From Auanema rhodensis (taxonomy: Eukaryota > Animalia > Nematoda): a DNA stretch of 64,000 bases. The notes under the pieces were generated by a model. That model did not search any database. It was not told where the DNA came from and saw nothing but the letters and a program-made list of their open reading frames with translations. Location of the stretch: assembly GCA_964057225.1 (NCBI GenBank), contig OZ059900.1, positions 5,146,001 to 5,210,000 on the forward strand. The letters run 5' to 3'. Of this stretch, positions 50,042 through 62,184 are shown piece after piece. A program made the position numbers and the translations under genes. Within the stretch, counting starts at the first letter, position 1; each line of letters starts with the position of its first letter.

Positions 50042-52707
50042 GGCTTAATCCTTGAGGAAAGCTACAGCGCTGACAGATTCAATCAAGTTTTAAAAAAAAA
50101 TTTTTTTTTTAATCTAGATGTTGAAACTCTTTGAAAATGTGTAAATAATGTTCAGAGAGTATCGTAAAAACAAGTTGGAAAAAAAAATTTTTTTGGACTT
50201 GGAAATTTTTTTTGGTCTGTGAGCGCTGTAGCTTTCGTCAAGGATTAAGCCATGCGAATGGCTCACAGTCCAAAAAAAATTTTTTTTCCAACTTGTTTTT
50301 ACGATACTCTCAAAACATTTTTTACACATTTTCAAAGAGTTTCAACATCTGAATTGAAAAATTTTTTTTTTTTAAAACTTGATTGAATCTGTCAGCGCTG
50401 TAGCTTTCCTCAAGGATTAAGCCATGCGAATGGCTCACAGTCCAAAAAAAATTTTTTTTCCAACTTGTTTTCACGATACTCTCAAAACATTTTTTACACA
50501 TTTTTAAAGAGTTTCAACATCTAAATTTAAAAATTTTTTTTTTTAAACTTGATTGAATCTGTCAGCGCTGTAGCTTTCCTCAACGATTAAGCCATGCGAA
50601 TGGCTCACAGTCCAAAAAAAATTTCCAAGTCCAAAAAAAATTTTTTTTCCAACTTGTTTTTACGATACTCTCAAAACATTTATTACACATTTTTAAAGAG
50701 TTTCAACATCTAGATTAAAAAAAAAAATTTTTTTTTAAACTTGATTGAATCTGTCAGCGCTGTAGCTTTCCTCAAGGATTAAGCCATGCGAATGGCTCAC
50801 AGTCCAAAAAAAATTTTTTTTCCAACTTGTTTTTACGATACTCTCAAAACATTTATTACACATTTTTAAAGAGTTTCAACATCTAGATTAAAAAAAAAAT
50901 TTTTTTTTAAAACTTGATTGAATCTGTCAGCGCTGTAGCTTTCCTCAAGGATTAAGCCATGCGAATGGCTCACAGTCCAAAAAAAATTTTTTTTTCAACT
51001 TGTTTTCACGATACTCTCAAAACATTTATTACACATTTTTAAAGAGTTTCAACATCTGAATTGAAAAAAAATTTTTTTTTTAAACTTGATTGAATCTGTC
51101 AGCGCTGTAGCTTTCGTCAAGGATTAAGCCATGCGAATGGCTCACAGACCAAAAAAAATTTTTTTTCCAAGTTGTTTTTACGATACTCTCAAAACATTTA
51201 TTACACATTTTTAAAGAGTTTCAACATCTAGATTAAAAAAAAAAATTTTTTTTAAAACTTGATTGAATCTGTCAGCGCTGTAGCTTTCCTCAAGGATTAA
51301 GCCATGCGAATGGCTCACAGTCCAAAAAAAATTTTTTTTCCAACTTGTTTTTACGATACTCTCAAAACATTTATTACACATTTTTAAAGAGTTTCAACAT
51401 CTAGATTAAAAAAAAAATTTTTTTTTAAAACTTGATTGAATCTGTCAGCGCTGTAGCTTTCCTCAAGGATTAAGCCATGCGAATGGCTCACAGTCCAAAA
51501 AAAATTTTTTTTTCAACTTGTTTTCACGATACTCTCAAAACATTTATTACACATTTTTAAAGAGTTTCAACATCTGAATTGAAAAAAAATTTTTTTTTTA
51601 AACTTGATTGAATCTGTCAGCGCTGTAGCTTTCCTCAAGGATTAAGCCATGCGAATGGCTCACAGACCAAAAAAAATTTCCAAGTCCAAAAAAATTTTTT
51701 TTTCCAACTTGTTTTTACGATACTCTCTAAACATTATTCACACATTTTCAAAGAGATTCAACATCTAGATTAAAAAAAAAATTTTTTTTTTAAACTTGAT
51801 TGAGTCTGTCAGCGCTGTAGCTTTCCTCAAGGATTAAGCCATGCGAATGGCTCACAGACCAAAAAAAATTTTTTTTCCAACTTGTTTTCACGATACTCTC
51901 AAAACATTTTTTACACATTTTTAAAGAGTTTCAACATCTGAATTGAAAAAAAAAATTTTTTTTTAAACTTGATTGAATCTGTCAGCGCTGTAGCTTTCCT
52001 CAAGGATTAAGCCATGCGAATGGCTCACAGACCAAAAAAAATTTCCAAGTCCAAAAAAAAAATTTTTCCAACTTGTTTTTACGATACTCTCAAAACATTT
52101 TTTACACATTTTCAAAGAGTTTCAACATCTGAATTGAAAAATTTTTTTTTTTAAAACTTGATTGAATCTGTCAGCGCTGTAGCTTTCCTCAAGGATTAAG
52201 CCATGCGAATGGCTCACAGACCAAAAAAAATTTCCAAGTCCAAAAAAATTTTTTTTTCCAACTTGTTTTTACGATACTCTCTAAACATTATTTACACATT
52301 TTCAAAGAGTTTCAACATCTAGATTAAAAAAAAATTTTTTTTTTAAAACTTGATTGAATCTGTCAGCGCTGTAGCTTTCCTCAACGATTAAGCCATGCGA
52401 ATGGCTCAGAGTCCAAAAAAAATTTCCAAGTCCAAAAAAATTTTTTTTCCAACTTGTTTTCACGATACTCTCAAAACATTTTTTACACATTTTTAAAAAA
52501 TTTCAACATCTAAATTGAAAAAAAAAATTTTTTTTTAACTTGATTGAATCTGTCAGCGCTGTAGCTTTCCTCAAGGTTTAAGCCATGCGAATGGCTCACA
52601 GTCCAAAAAAAATTTCCAAGTCCAAAAAAATTTTTTGGAAATCAAGTTTTAAAAAAAAATTTTTTTTTTAATCAGTTTTAAAAGTTTAAAAAAAAAATTT
52701 TGAGTTA

Positions 52708-52799
52708 CACCGAGTTACAAATCAAGATCACTTTCTTCGGATACTTAGGTGGTATAGTTAACTGTTCACATAAAATTGGAAGTCCTGGCTACCATGCAT
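52708..52799 (-). repeat. Inverted SatB fragment, cassette copy 8 (short-inversion type)
   Basis: Same 92-bp fragment and flanks. Confidence 0.93.
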
Positions 52800-55700
52800 G
52801 GCTTAATCCTTGAGGAAAGCTACAGCGCTGACAGATTCAATCAAGTTTTAAAAAAAAATTTTTTTTTTAATCTAGATGTTGAAACTCTTTGAAAATGTGT
52901 AAATAATGTTCAGAGAGTATCGTAAAAACAAGTTGGAAAAAAAAATTTTTTTGGACTTGGAAATTTTTTTTGGTCTGTGAGCGCTGTAGCTTTCGTCAAG
53001 GATTAAGCCATGCGAATGGCTCACAGACCAAAAAAATTTTTTTTTCCAACTGGTTTTTACGATACTCTCAAAACATTTATCACACATTTTTAAAGAGTTT
53101 CAACATCTGAATTGAAAAAAAAAATTTTTTTTTTTTAAACTTGATTGAATCTGTCAGCGCTGTAGCTTTCCTCAAGAATTAAGCCATGCGAATGGCTCAC
53201 AGTCCAAAAAAAATTTTTTTTTCAACTTGTTTTCACGATACTCTCAAAACATTTATTACACATTTTCAAAGAGTTTCAACTTCTGAATTGAAAAAAAAAT
53301 TTTTTTTTTAAACTTGATAGAATCTGTCAGCGCTGTAGCTTTCCTCAACGATTAAGCCATGCGAATGGCTCACAGACCAAAAAAATTTTTTTCCCAACTT
53401 GTTTTCACGATACTCTCAAAACATTTTTTACACATTTTTAAAAAATTTCAACATCTGAATTGAAAAATTTTTTTTTTAAAACTTGATTGAATCTGTCAGC
53501 GCTGTAGCTTTCCTCAAGGATTAAGCCATGCGAATGGCTCACAGTCCAAAAAAAATTTCCAAGTCCAAAAAAAATTTTTTTTCCAACTTGTTTTCACGAT
53601 ACTCTCAAAACATTTTTTACACATTTTTAAAGAGTTTCAACATCTAAATTAAAAAAATTTTTTTTTTAAAACTTGATTGAATCTGTCAGCGCTGTAGCTT
53701 TCCTCAAGGATTAAGCCATGCGAATGGCTCACGGTCCAAAAAAAATTTCCAAGTCCAAAAAAAATTTTTTTTCCAACTTGTTTTTACGATACTCTCAAAA
53801 CATTTATTACACATTTTTAAAGAGTTTCAACATCTAGATTAAAAAAAAAATTTTTTTTTAAAACTTGATTGAATCTGTCAGCGCTGTAGCTTTCCTCAAG
53901 GATTAAGCCATGCGAATGGCTCACAGTCCAAAAAAAAATTTTTTTTCCAACTTGTTTTCACGATACTCTCAAAACATTTTTTACACATTTTTAAAGAGTT
54001 TCAACATCTAAATTTAAAAAATTTTTTTTTTAAACTTGATTGAATCTGTCAGCGCTGTAGCTTTCCTCAACGATTAAGCCATGCGAATGGCTCACAGTCC
54101 AAAAAAAATTTCCAAGTCCAAAAAAAATTTTTTTTCCAACTTGTTTTTACGATACTCTCAATACATTTATTACACATTTTTAAAGAGTTTCAACATCTAG
54201 ATTAAAAAAAAAATTTTTTTTTAAAACTTGATTGAATCTGTCAGCGCTGTAGCTTTCCTCAAGGATTAAGCCATGCGAATGGCTCACAGTCCAAAAAAAA
54301 TTTTTTTTCCAACTTGTTTTTACGATACTCTCAAAACATTTATTACACATTTTTAAAGAGTTTCAACATCTAGATTAAAAAAAAAATTTTTTTTTAAAAC
54401 TTGATTGAATCTGTCAGCGCTGTAGCTTTCCTCAAGGATTAAGCCATGCGAATGGCTCACAGTCCAAAAAAAAATTTTTTTTCCAACTTGTTTTCACGAT
54501 ACTCTCAAAACATTTTTTACACATTTTTAAAGAGTTTCAACATCTAAATTTAAAAAATTTTTTTTTTAAACTTGATTGAATCTGTCAGCGCTGTAGCTTT
54601 CCTCAACGATTAAGCCATGCGAATGGCTCACAGTCCAAAAAAAATTTCCAAGTCCAAAAAAAAAATTTTTCCAACTTGTTTTTACGATACTCTCAAAACA
54701 TTTTTTACACATTTTCAAAGAGTTTCAACATCTAAATTTAAAAAATTTTTTTTTTAAACTTGATTGAATCTGTCAGCGCTGTAGCTTTCCTCAACGATTA
54801 AGCCATGCGAATGGCTCACAGTCCAAAAAAAATTTTTTTTCCAACTTGTTTTTACGATACTCTCAAAACATTTTTTACACATTTTTAAAGAGTTTCAACA
54901 TCTGAATTGGAAAAAAAAAATTTTTTTTAAACTTGATTGAATCTGTCAGCGCTGTAGATTTCCTCAAGAATTAAGCCATGCGAATGGCTCACAGTCCAAA
55001 AAAAATTTTTTTTTCAACTTGTTTTCACGATACTCTCAAAACATTTATAACACATTTTCAAAGAGTTTCAACATCTGAATTGAAAAAAAAATTTTTTTTT
55101 TAAACTTGATTGAATCTGTCAGCGCTGTAGCTTTCCTCAAGGATTAAGCCATGCGAATGGCTCACAGACCAAAAAAAATTTCCAAGTCCAAAAAAATTTT
55201 TTTTTCCAACTTGTTTTTACGATACTCTCTAAACATTATTCACACATTTTCAAAGAGTTTCAACATCTAGATTAAAAAAAAAATTTTTTTTTAAAACTTG
55301 ATTGAATCTGTCAGCGCTGTAGCTTTCCTCAACGATTAAGCCATGCGAATGGCTCAGAGTCCAAAAAAAATTTCCAAGTCCAAAAAAAATTTTTTTTCCA
55401 ACTTGTTTTCACGATACTCTCAAAACATTTTTTACACATTTTTAAAGAGTTTCAACATCTGAATTGGAAAAAAAAAATTTTTTTTAAACTTGATTGAATC
55501 TGTCAGCGCTGTAGATTTCCTCAAGAATTAAGCCATGCGAATGGCTCACAGTCCAAAAAAAATTTTTTTTCCAACTTGTTTTTACGATACTCTCAAAACA
55601 TTTTTTACACATTTTTAAAGAGTTTCAACATCTGAATTGGAAAAAAAAAATTTTTTTTAAACTTGATTGAATCTGTCAGCGCTGTAGCTTTCCTCAAGAA

Positions 55701-58700
55701 TTAAGCCATGCGAATGGCTCACAGTCCAAAAAAAATTTTTTTTTCAACTTGTTTTCACGATACTCTCAAAACATTTATTACACATTTTCAAAGAGTTTCA
55801 ACATCTGAATTGAAAAAAAAAATTTTTTTTTAAACTTGATAGAATCTGTCAGCGCTGTAGCTTTCCTCAACGATTAAGCCATGCTAATGGCTCACAGTCC
55901 AAAAAAAATTTCCAAGTCCAAAAAAAATTTTTTTTCCAACTTGTTTTTACGATACTCTCAAAACATTTATTACACATTTTTAAAGAGTTTCAACATCTGA
56001 ATTGAAAAAAAAATTTTTTTTTAAACTTGATTGAATCTGTCAGCGCTGTAGCTTTCCTCAAGGATTAAGCCATGCGAATGGCTCACAGACCAAAAAAATT
56101 TTTTTCCCAACTTGTTTTCACGATACTCTCAAAACATTTTTTACACATTTTTAAAAAATTTCAACATCTGAATTGAAAAAAAAATTTTTTTTAAACTTGA
56201 TTGAATCTGTCAGCGCTGTAGCTTTCCTCAAGGATTAAGCCATGCGAATGGCTCACAGTCCAAAAAAAATTTTTTTTCCAACTTGTTTTCACGATACTCT
56301 CAAAACATTTTTTACACATTTTTAAAGAGTTTCAACATCTAAATTAAAAAAATTTTTTTTTTAAAACTTGATTGAATCTGTCAGCGCTGTAGCTTTCCTC
56401 AAGGATTAAGCCATGCGAATGGCTCACAGTCCAAAAAAAATTTCCAAGTCCAAAAAAATTTTTTTTTCCAACTTGTTTTTACGATACTCTCTAAACATTA
56501 TTCACACATTTTCAAAGAGTTTCAACATCTAGATTAAAAAAAAAATTTTTTTTTAAAACTTGATTGAATCTGTCAGCGCTGTAGCTTTCCTCAACGATTA
56601 AGCCATGCGAATGGCTCAGAGTCCAAAAAAAATTTCCAAGTCCAAAAAAAATTTTTTTTCCAACTTGTTTTTACGATACTCTCAAAACATTTATTACACA
56701 TTTTTAAAGAGTTTCAACATCTAGATTAAAAAAAAAATTTTTTTTTAAAACTTGATTGAATCTGTCAGCGCTGTAGCTTTCCTCAAGGATTAAGCCATGC
56801 GAATGGCTCACAGTCCAAAAAAAAATTTTTTTTCCAACTTGTTTTCACGATACTCTCAAAACATTTTTTACACATTTTTAAAGAGTTTCAACATCTAAAT
56901 TTAAAAAATTTTTTTTTTAAACTTGATTGAATCTGTCAGCGCTGTAGCTTTCCTCAACGATTAAGCCATGCGAATGGCTCACAGTCCAAAAAAAATTTCC
57001 AAGTCCAAAAAAAAAATTTTTCCAACTTGTTTTTACGATACTCTCAAAACATTTTTTACACATTTTCAAAGAGTTTCAACATCTAAATTTAAAAAATTTT
57101 TTTTTTAAACTTGATTGAATCTGTCAGCGCTGTAGCTTTCCTCAACGATTAAGCCATGCGAATGGCTCACAGTCCAAAAAAAATTTTTTTTCCAACTTGT
57201 TTTTACGATACTCTCAAAACATTTTTTACACATTTTTAAAGAGTTTCAACATCTGAATTGGAAAAAAAAAATTTTTTTTAAACTTGATTGAATCTGTCAG
57301 CGCTGTAGATTTCCTCAAGAATTAAGCCATGCGAATGGCTCACAGTCCAAAAAAAATTTTTTTTCCAACTTGTTTTTACGATACTCTCAAAACATTTTTT
57401 ACACATTTTTAAAGAGTTTCAACATCTGAATTGGAAAAAAAAAATTTTTTTTAAACTTGATTGAATCTGTCAGCGCTGTAGATTTCCTCAAGAATTAAGC
57501 CATGCGAATGGCTCACAGTCCAAAAAAAATTTTTTTTTCAACTTGTTTTCACGATACTCTCAAAACATTTATAACACATTTTCAAAGAGTTTCAACATCT
57601 GAATTGAAAAAAAAATTTTTTTTTTAAACTTGATTGAATCTGTCAGCGCTGTAGCTTTCCTCAAGGATTAAGCCATGCGAATGGCTCACAGACCAAAAAA
57701 AATTTCCAAGTCCAAAAAAATTTTTTTTTCCAACTTGTTTTTACGATACTCTCTAAACATTATTCACACATTTTCAAAGAGTTTCAACATCTAGATTAAA
57801 AAAAAAATTTTTTTTTAAAACTTGATTGAATCTGTCAGCGCTGTAGCTTTCCTCAACGATTAAGCCATGCGAATGGCTCAGAGTCCAAAAAAAATTTCCA
57901 AGTCCAAAAAAAATTTTTTTTCCAACTTGTTTTCACGATACTCTCAAAACATTTTTTACACATTTTTAAAGAGTTTCAACATCTGAATTGGAAAAAAAAA
58001 ATTTTTTTTAAACTTGATTGAATCTGTCAGCGCTGTAGATTTCCTCAAGAATTAAGCCATGCGAATGGCTCACAGTCCAAAAAAAATTTTTTTTCCAACT
58101 TGTTTTTACGATACTCTCAAAACATTTTTTACACATTTTTAAAGAGTTTCAACATCTGAATTGGAAAAAAAAAATTTTTTTTAAACTTGATTGAATCTGT
58201 CAGCGCTGTAGCTTTCCTCAAGAATTAAGCCATGCGAATGGCTCACAGTCCAAAAAAAATTTTTTTTTCAACTTGTTTTCACGATACTCTCAAAACATTT
58301 ATTACACATTTTCAAAGAGTTTCAACATCTGAATTGAAAAAAAAAATTTTTTTTTAAACTTGATAGAATCTGTCAGCGCTGTAGCTTTCCTCAACGATTA
58401 AGCCATGCTAATGGCTCACAGTCCAAAAAAAATTTCCAAGTCCAAAAAAAATTTTTTTTCCAACTTGTTTTTACGATACTCTCAAAACATTTATTACACA
58501 TTTTTAAAGAGTTTCAACATCTGAATTGAAAAAAAAATTTTTTTTTAAACTTGATTGAATCTGTCAGCGCTGTAGCTTTCCTCAAGGATTAAGCCATGCG
58601 AATGGCTCACAGACCAAAAAAATTTTTTTCCCAACTTGTTTTCACGATACTCTCAAAACATTTTTTACACATTTTTAAAAAATTTCAACATCTGAATTGA

Positions 58701-61700
58701 AAAAAAAATTTTTTTTAAACTTGATTGAATCTGTCAGCGCTGTAGCTTTCCTCAAGGATTAAGCCATGCGAATGGCTCACAGTCCAAAAAAAATTTTTTT
58801 TCCAACTTGTTTTCACGATACTCTCAAAACATTTTTTACACATTTTTAAAGAGTTTCAACATCTAAATTAAAAAAATTTTTTTTTTAAAACTTGATTGAA
58901 TCTGTCAGCGCTGTAGCTTTCCTCAAGGATTAAGCCATGCGAATGGCTCACAGTCCAAAAAAAATTTCCAAGTCCAAAAAAATTTTTTTTTCCAACTTGT
59001 TTTTACGATACTCTCTAAACATTATTCACACATTTTCAAAGAGTTTCAACATCTAGATTAAAAAAAAAATTTTTTTTTAAAACTTGATTGAATCTGTCAG
59101 CGCTGTAGCTTTCCTCAACGATTAAGCCATGCGAATGGCTCAGAGTCCAAAAAAAATTTCCAAGTCCAAAAAAAATTTTTTTTCCAACTTGTTTTCACGA
59201 TACTCTCAAAATATTTTTTACACATTTTTAAAGAGTTTCAACATCTGAATTGGAAAAAAAAAATTTTTTTTAAACTTGATTGAATCTGTCAGCGCTGTAG
59301 ATTTCCTCAAGAATTAAGCCATGCGAATGGCTCACAGTCCAAAAAAAATTTTTTTTCCAACTTGTTTTTACGATACTCTCAAAACATTTTTTACACATTT
59401 TTAAAGAGTTTCAACATCTGAATTGGAAAAAAAAAATTTTTTTTAAACTTGATTGAATCTGTCAGCGCTGTAGCTTTCCTCAAGAATTAAGCCATGCGAA
59501 TGGCTCACAGTCCAAAAAAAATTTTTTTTTCAACTTGTTTTCACGATACTCTCAAAACATTTATTACACATTTTCAAAGAGTTTCAACATCTGAATTGAA
59601 AAAAAAATTTTTTTTTTAAACTTGATAGAATCTGTCAGCGCTGTAGCTTTCCTCAACGATTAAGCCATGCTAATGGCTCACAGTCCAAAAAAAATTTCCA
59701 AGTCCAAAAAAAATTTTTTTTCCAACTTGTTTTCACGATACTCTCAAAACATTTTTTACACATTTTTAAAGAGTTTCAACATCTGAATTGGAAAAAAAAA
59801 ATTTTTTTTAAACTTGATTGAATCTGTCAGCGCTGTAGATTTCCTCAAGAATTAAGCCATGCGAATGGCTCACAGTCCAAAAAAAATTTTTTTTCCAACT
59901 TGTTTTTACGATACTCTCAAAACATTTTTTACACATTTTTAAAGAGTTTCAACATCTAGATTAAAAAAAAAATTTTTTTTTAAAACTTGATTGAATCTGT
60001 CAGCGCTGTAGCTTTCCTCAAGGATTAAGCCATGCGAATGGCTCACAGTCCAAAAAAAATTTTTTTTCCAACTTGTTTTTACGATACTCTCAAAACATTT
60101 ATTACACATTTTTAAAGAGTTTCAACATCTAGATTAAAAAAAAAATTTTTTTTAAAACTTGATTGAATCTGTCAGCGCTGTAGCTTTCCTCAAGGATTAA
60201 GCCATGCGAATGGCTCACAGTCCAAAAAAAAATTTTTTTTCCAACTTGTTTTCACGATACTCTCAAAACATTTTTTACACATTTTTAAAGAGTTTCAACA
60301 TCTAAATTTAAAAAATTTTTTTTTTAAACTTGATTGAATCTGTCAGCGCTGTAGCTTTCCTCAACGATTAAGCCATGCGAATGGCTCACAGTCCAAAAAA
60401 AATTTCCAAGTCCAAAAAAAAAATTTTTCCAACTTGTTTTTACGATACTCTCAAAACATTTTTTACACATTTTCAAAGAGTTTCAACATCTAAATTTAAA
60501 AAATTTTTTTTTTAAACTTGATTGAATCTGTCAGCGCTGTAGCTTTCCTCAACGATTAAGCCATGCGAATGGCTCACAGTCCAAAAAAAATTTTTTTTCC
60601 AACTTGTTTTTACGATACTCTCAAAACATTTTTTACACATTTTTAAAGAGTTTCAACATCTGAATTGGAAGAAAAAAATTTTTTTTAAACTTGATTGAAT
60701 CTGTCAGCGCTGTAGATTTCCTCAAGAATTAAGCCATGCGAATGGCTCACAGTCCAAAAAAAATTTTTTTTTCAACTTGTTTTCACGATACTCTCAAAAC
60801 ATTTATAACACATTTTCAAAGAGTTTCAACATCTGAATTGAAAAAAAAATTTTTTTTTTAAACTTGATTGAATCTGTCAGCGCTGTAGCTTTCCTCAAGG
60901 ATTAAGCCATGCGAATGGCTCACAGACCAAAAAAAATTTCCAAGTCCAAAAAAATTTTTTTTTCCAACTTGTTTTTACGATACTCTCTAAACATTATTCA
61001 CACATTTTCAAAGAGTTTCAACATCTAGATTAAAAAAAAAATTTTTTTTTAAAACTTGATTGAATCTGTCAGCGCTGTAGCTTTCCTCAACGATTAAGCC
61101 ATGCGAATGGCTCAGAGTCCAAAAAAAATTTCCAAGTCCAAAAAAAATTTTTTTTCCAACTTGTTTTTACGATACTCTCAAAACATTTATTACACATTTT
61201 CAAAGAGTTTCAACATCTGAATTGAAAAAAAAATTTTTTTTTTAAACTTGATAGAATCTGTCAGCGCTGTAGCTTTCCTCAACGATTAAGCCATGCTAAT
61301 GGCTCACAGTCCAAAAAAAATTTCCAAGTCCAAAAAAAATTTTTTTTCCAACTTGTTTTTACGATACTCTCAAAACATTTATTACACATTTTTAAAGAGT
61401 TTCAACATCTGAATTGAAAAAAAAATTTTTTTTTAAACTTGATTGAATCTGTCAGCGCTGTAGCTTTCCTCAAGGATTAAGCCATGCGAATGGCTCACAG
61501 ACCAAAAAAATTTTTTTCCCAACTTGTTTTCACGATACTCTCAAAACATTTTTTACACATTTTTAAAAAATTTCAACATCTGAATTGAAAAAAAAATTTT
61601 TTTTAAACTTGATTGAATCTGTCAGCGCTGTAGCTTTCCTCAAGGATTAAGCCATGCGAATGGCTCACAGTCCAAAAAAAATTTTTTTTCCAACTTGTTT

Positions 61701-62184
61701 TCACGATACTCTCAAAACATTTTTTACACATTTTTAAAGAGTTTCAACATCTAAATTAAAAAAATTTTTTTTTTAAAACTTGATTGAATCTGTCAGCGCT
61801 GTAGCTTTCCTCAAGGATTAAGCCATGCGAATGGCTCACAGTCCAAAAAAAATTTCCAAGTCCAAAAAAAATTTTTTTCCAACTTGTTTTTACGATACTC
61901 TCAAAACATTTTTTACACATTTTTAAAGAGTTTCAACATCTAAATTAAAAAAAATTTTTTTTTAAAACTTGATTGAATCTGTCAGCGCTGTAGCTTTCCT
62001 CAAGAATTAAGCCATGCGAATGGCTCACAGTCCAAAAAAAATTTTTTTTCCAACTTGTTTTCACGATACTCTCAAAACATTTTTTACACATTTTTAAAGA
62101 GTTTCAACATCTAAATTAAAAAAAATTTTTTTTTAAAACTTGATTGAATCTGTCAGCGCTGTAGCTTTCCTCAAGGATTAAGCC

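Noticed and set aside
36111-53087. Six near-identical 71-73-aa ORFs (36111, 39300, 43283, 44440, 50114, 52872) resembling a multicopy gene family
   Set aside because: Each is a read-through across the short-inversion junction of the amplified cassette and consists entirely of satellite sequence from both strands.
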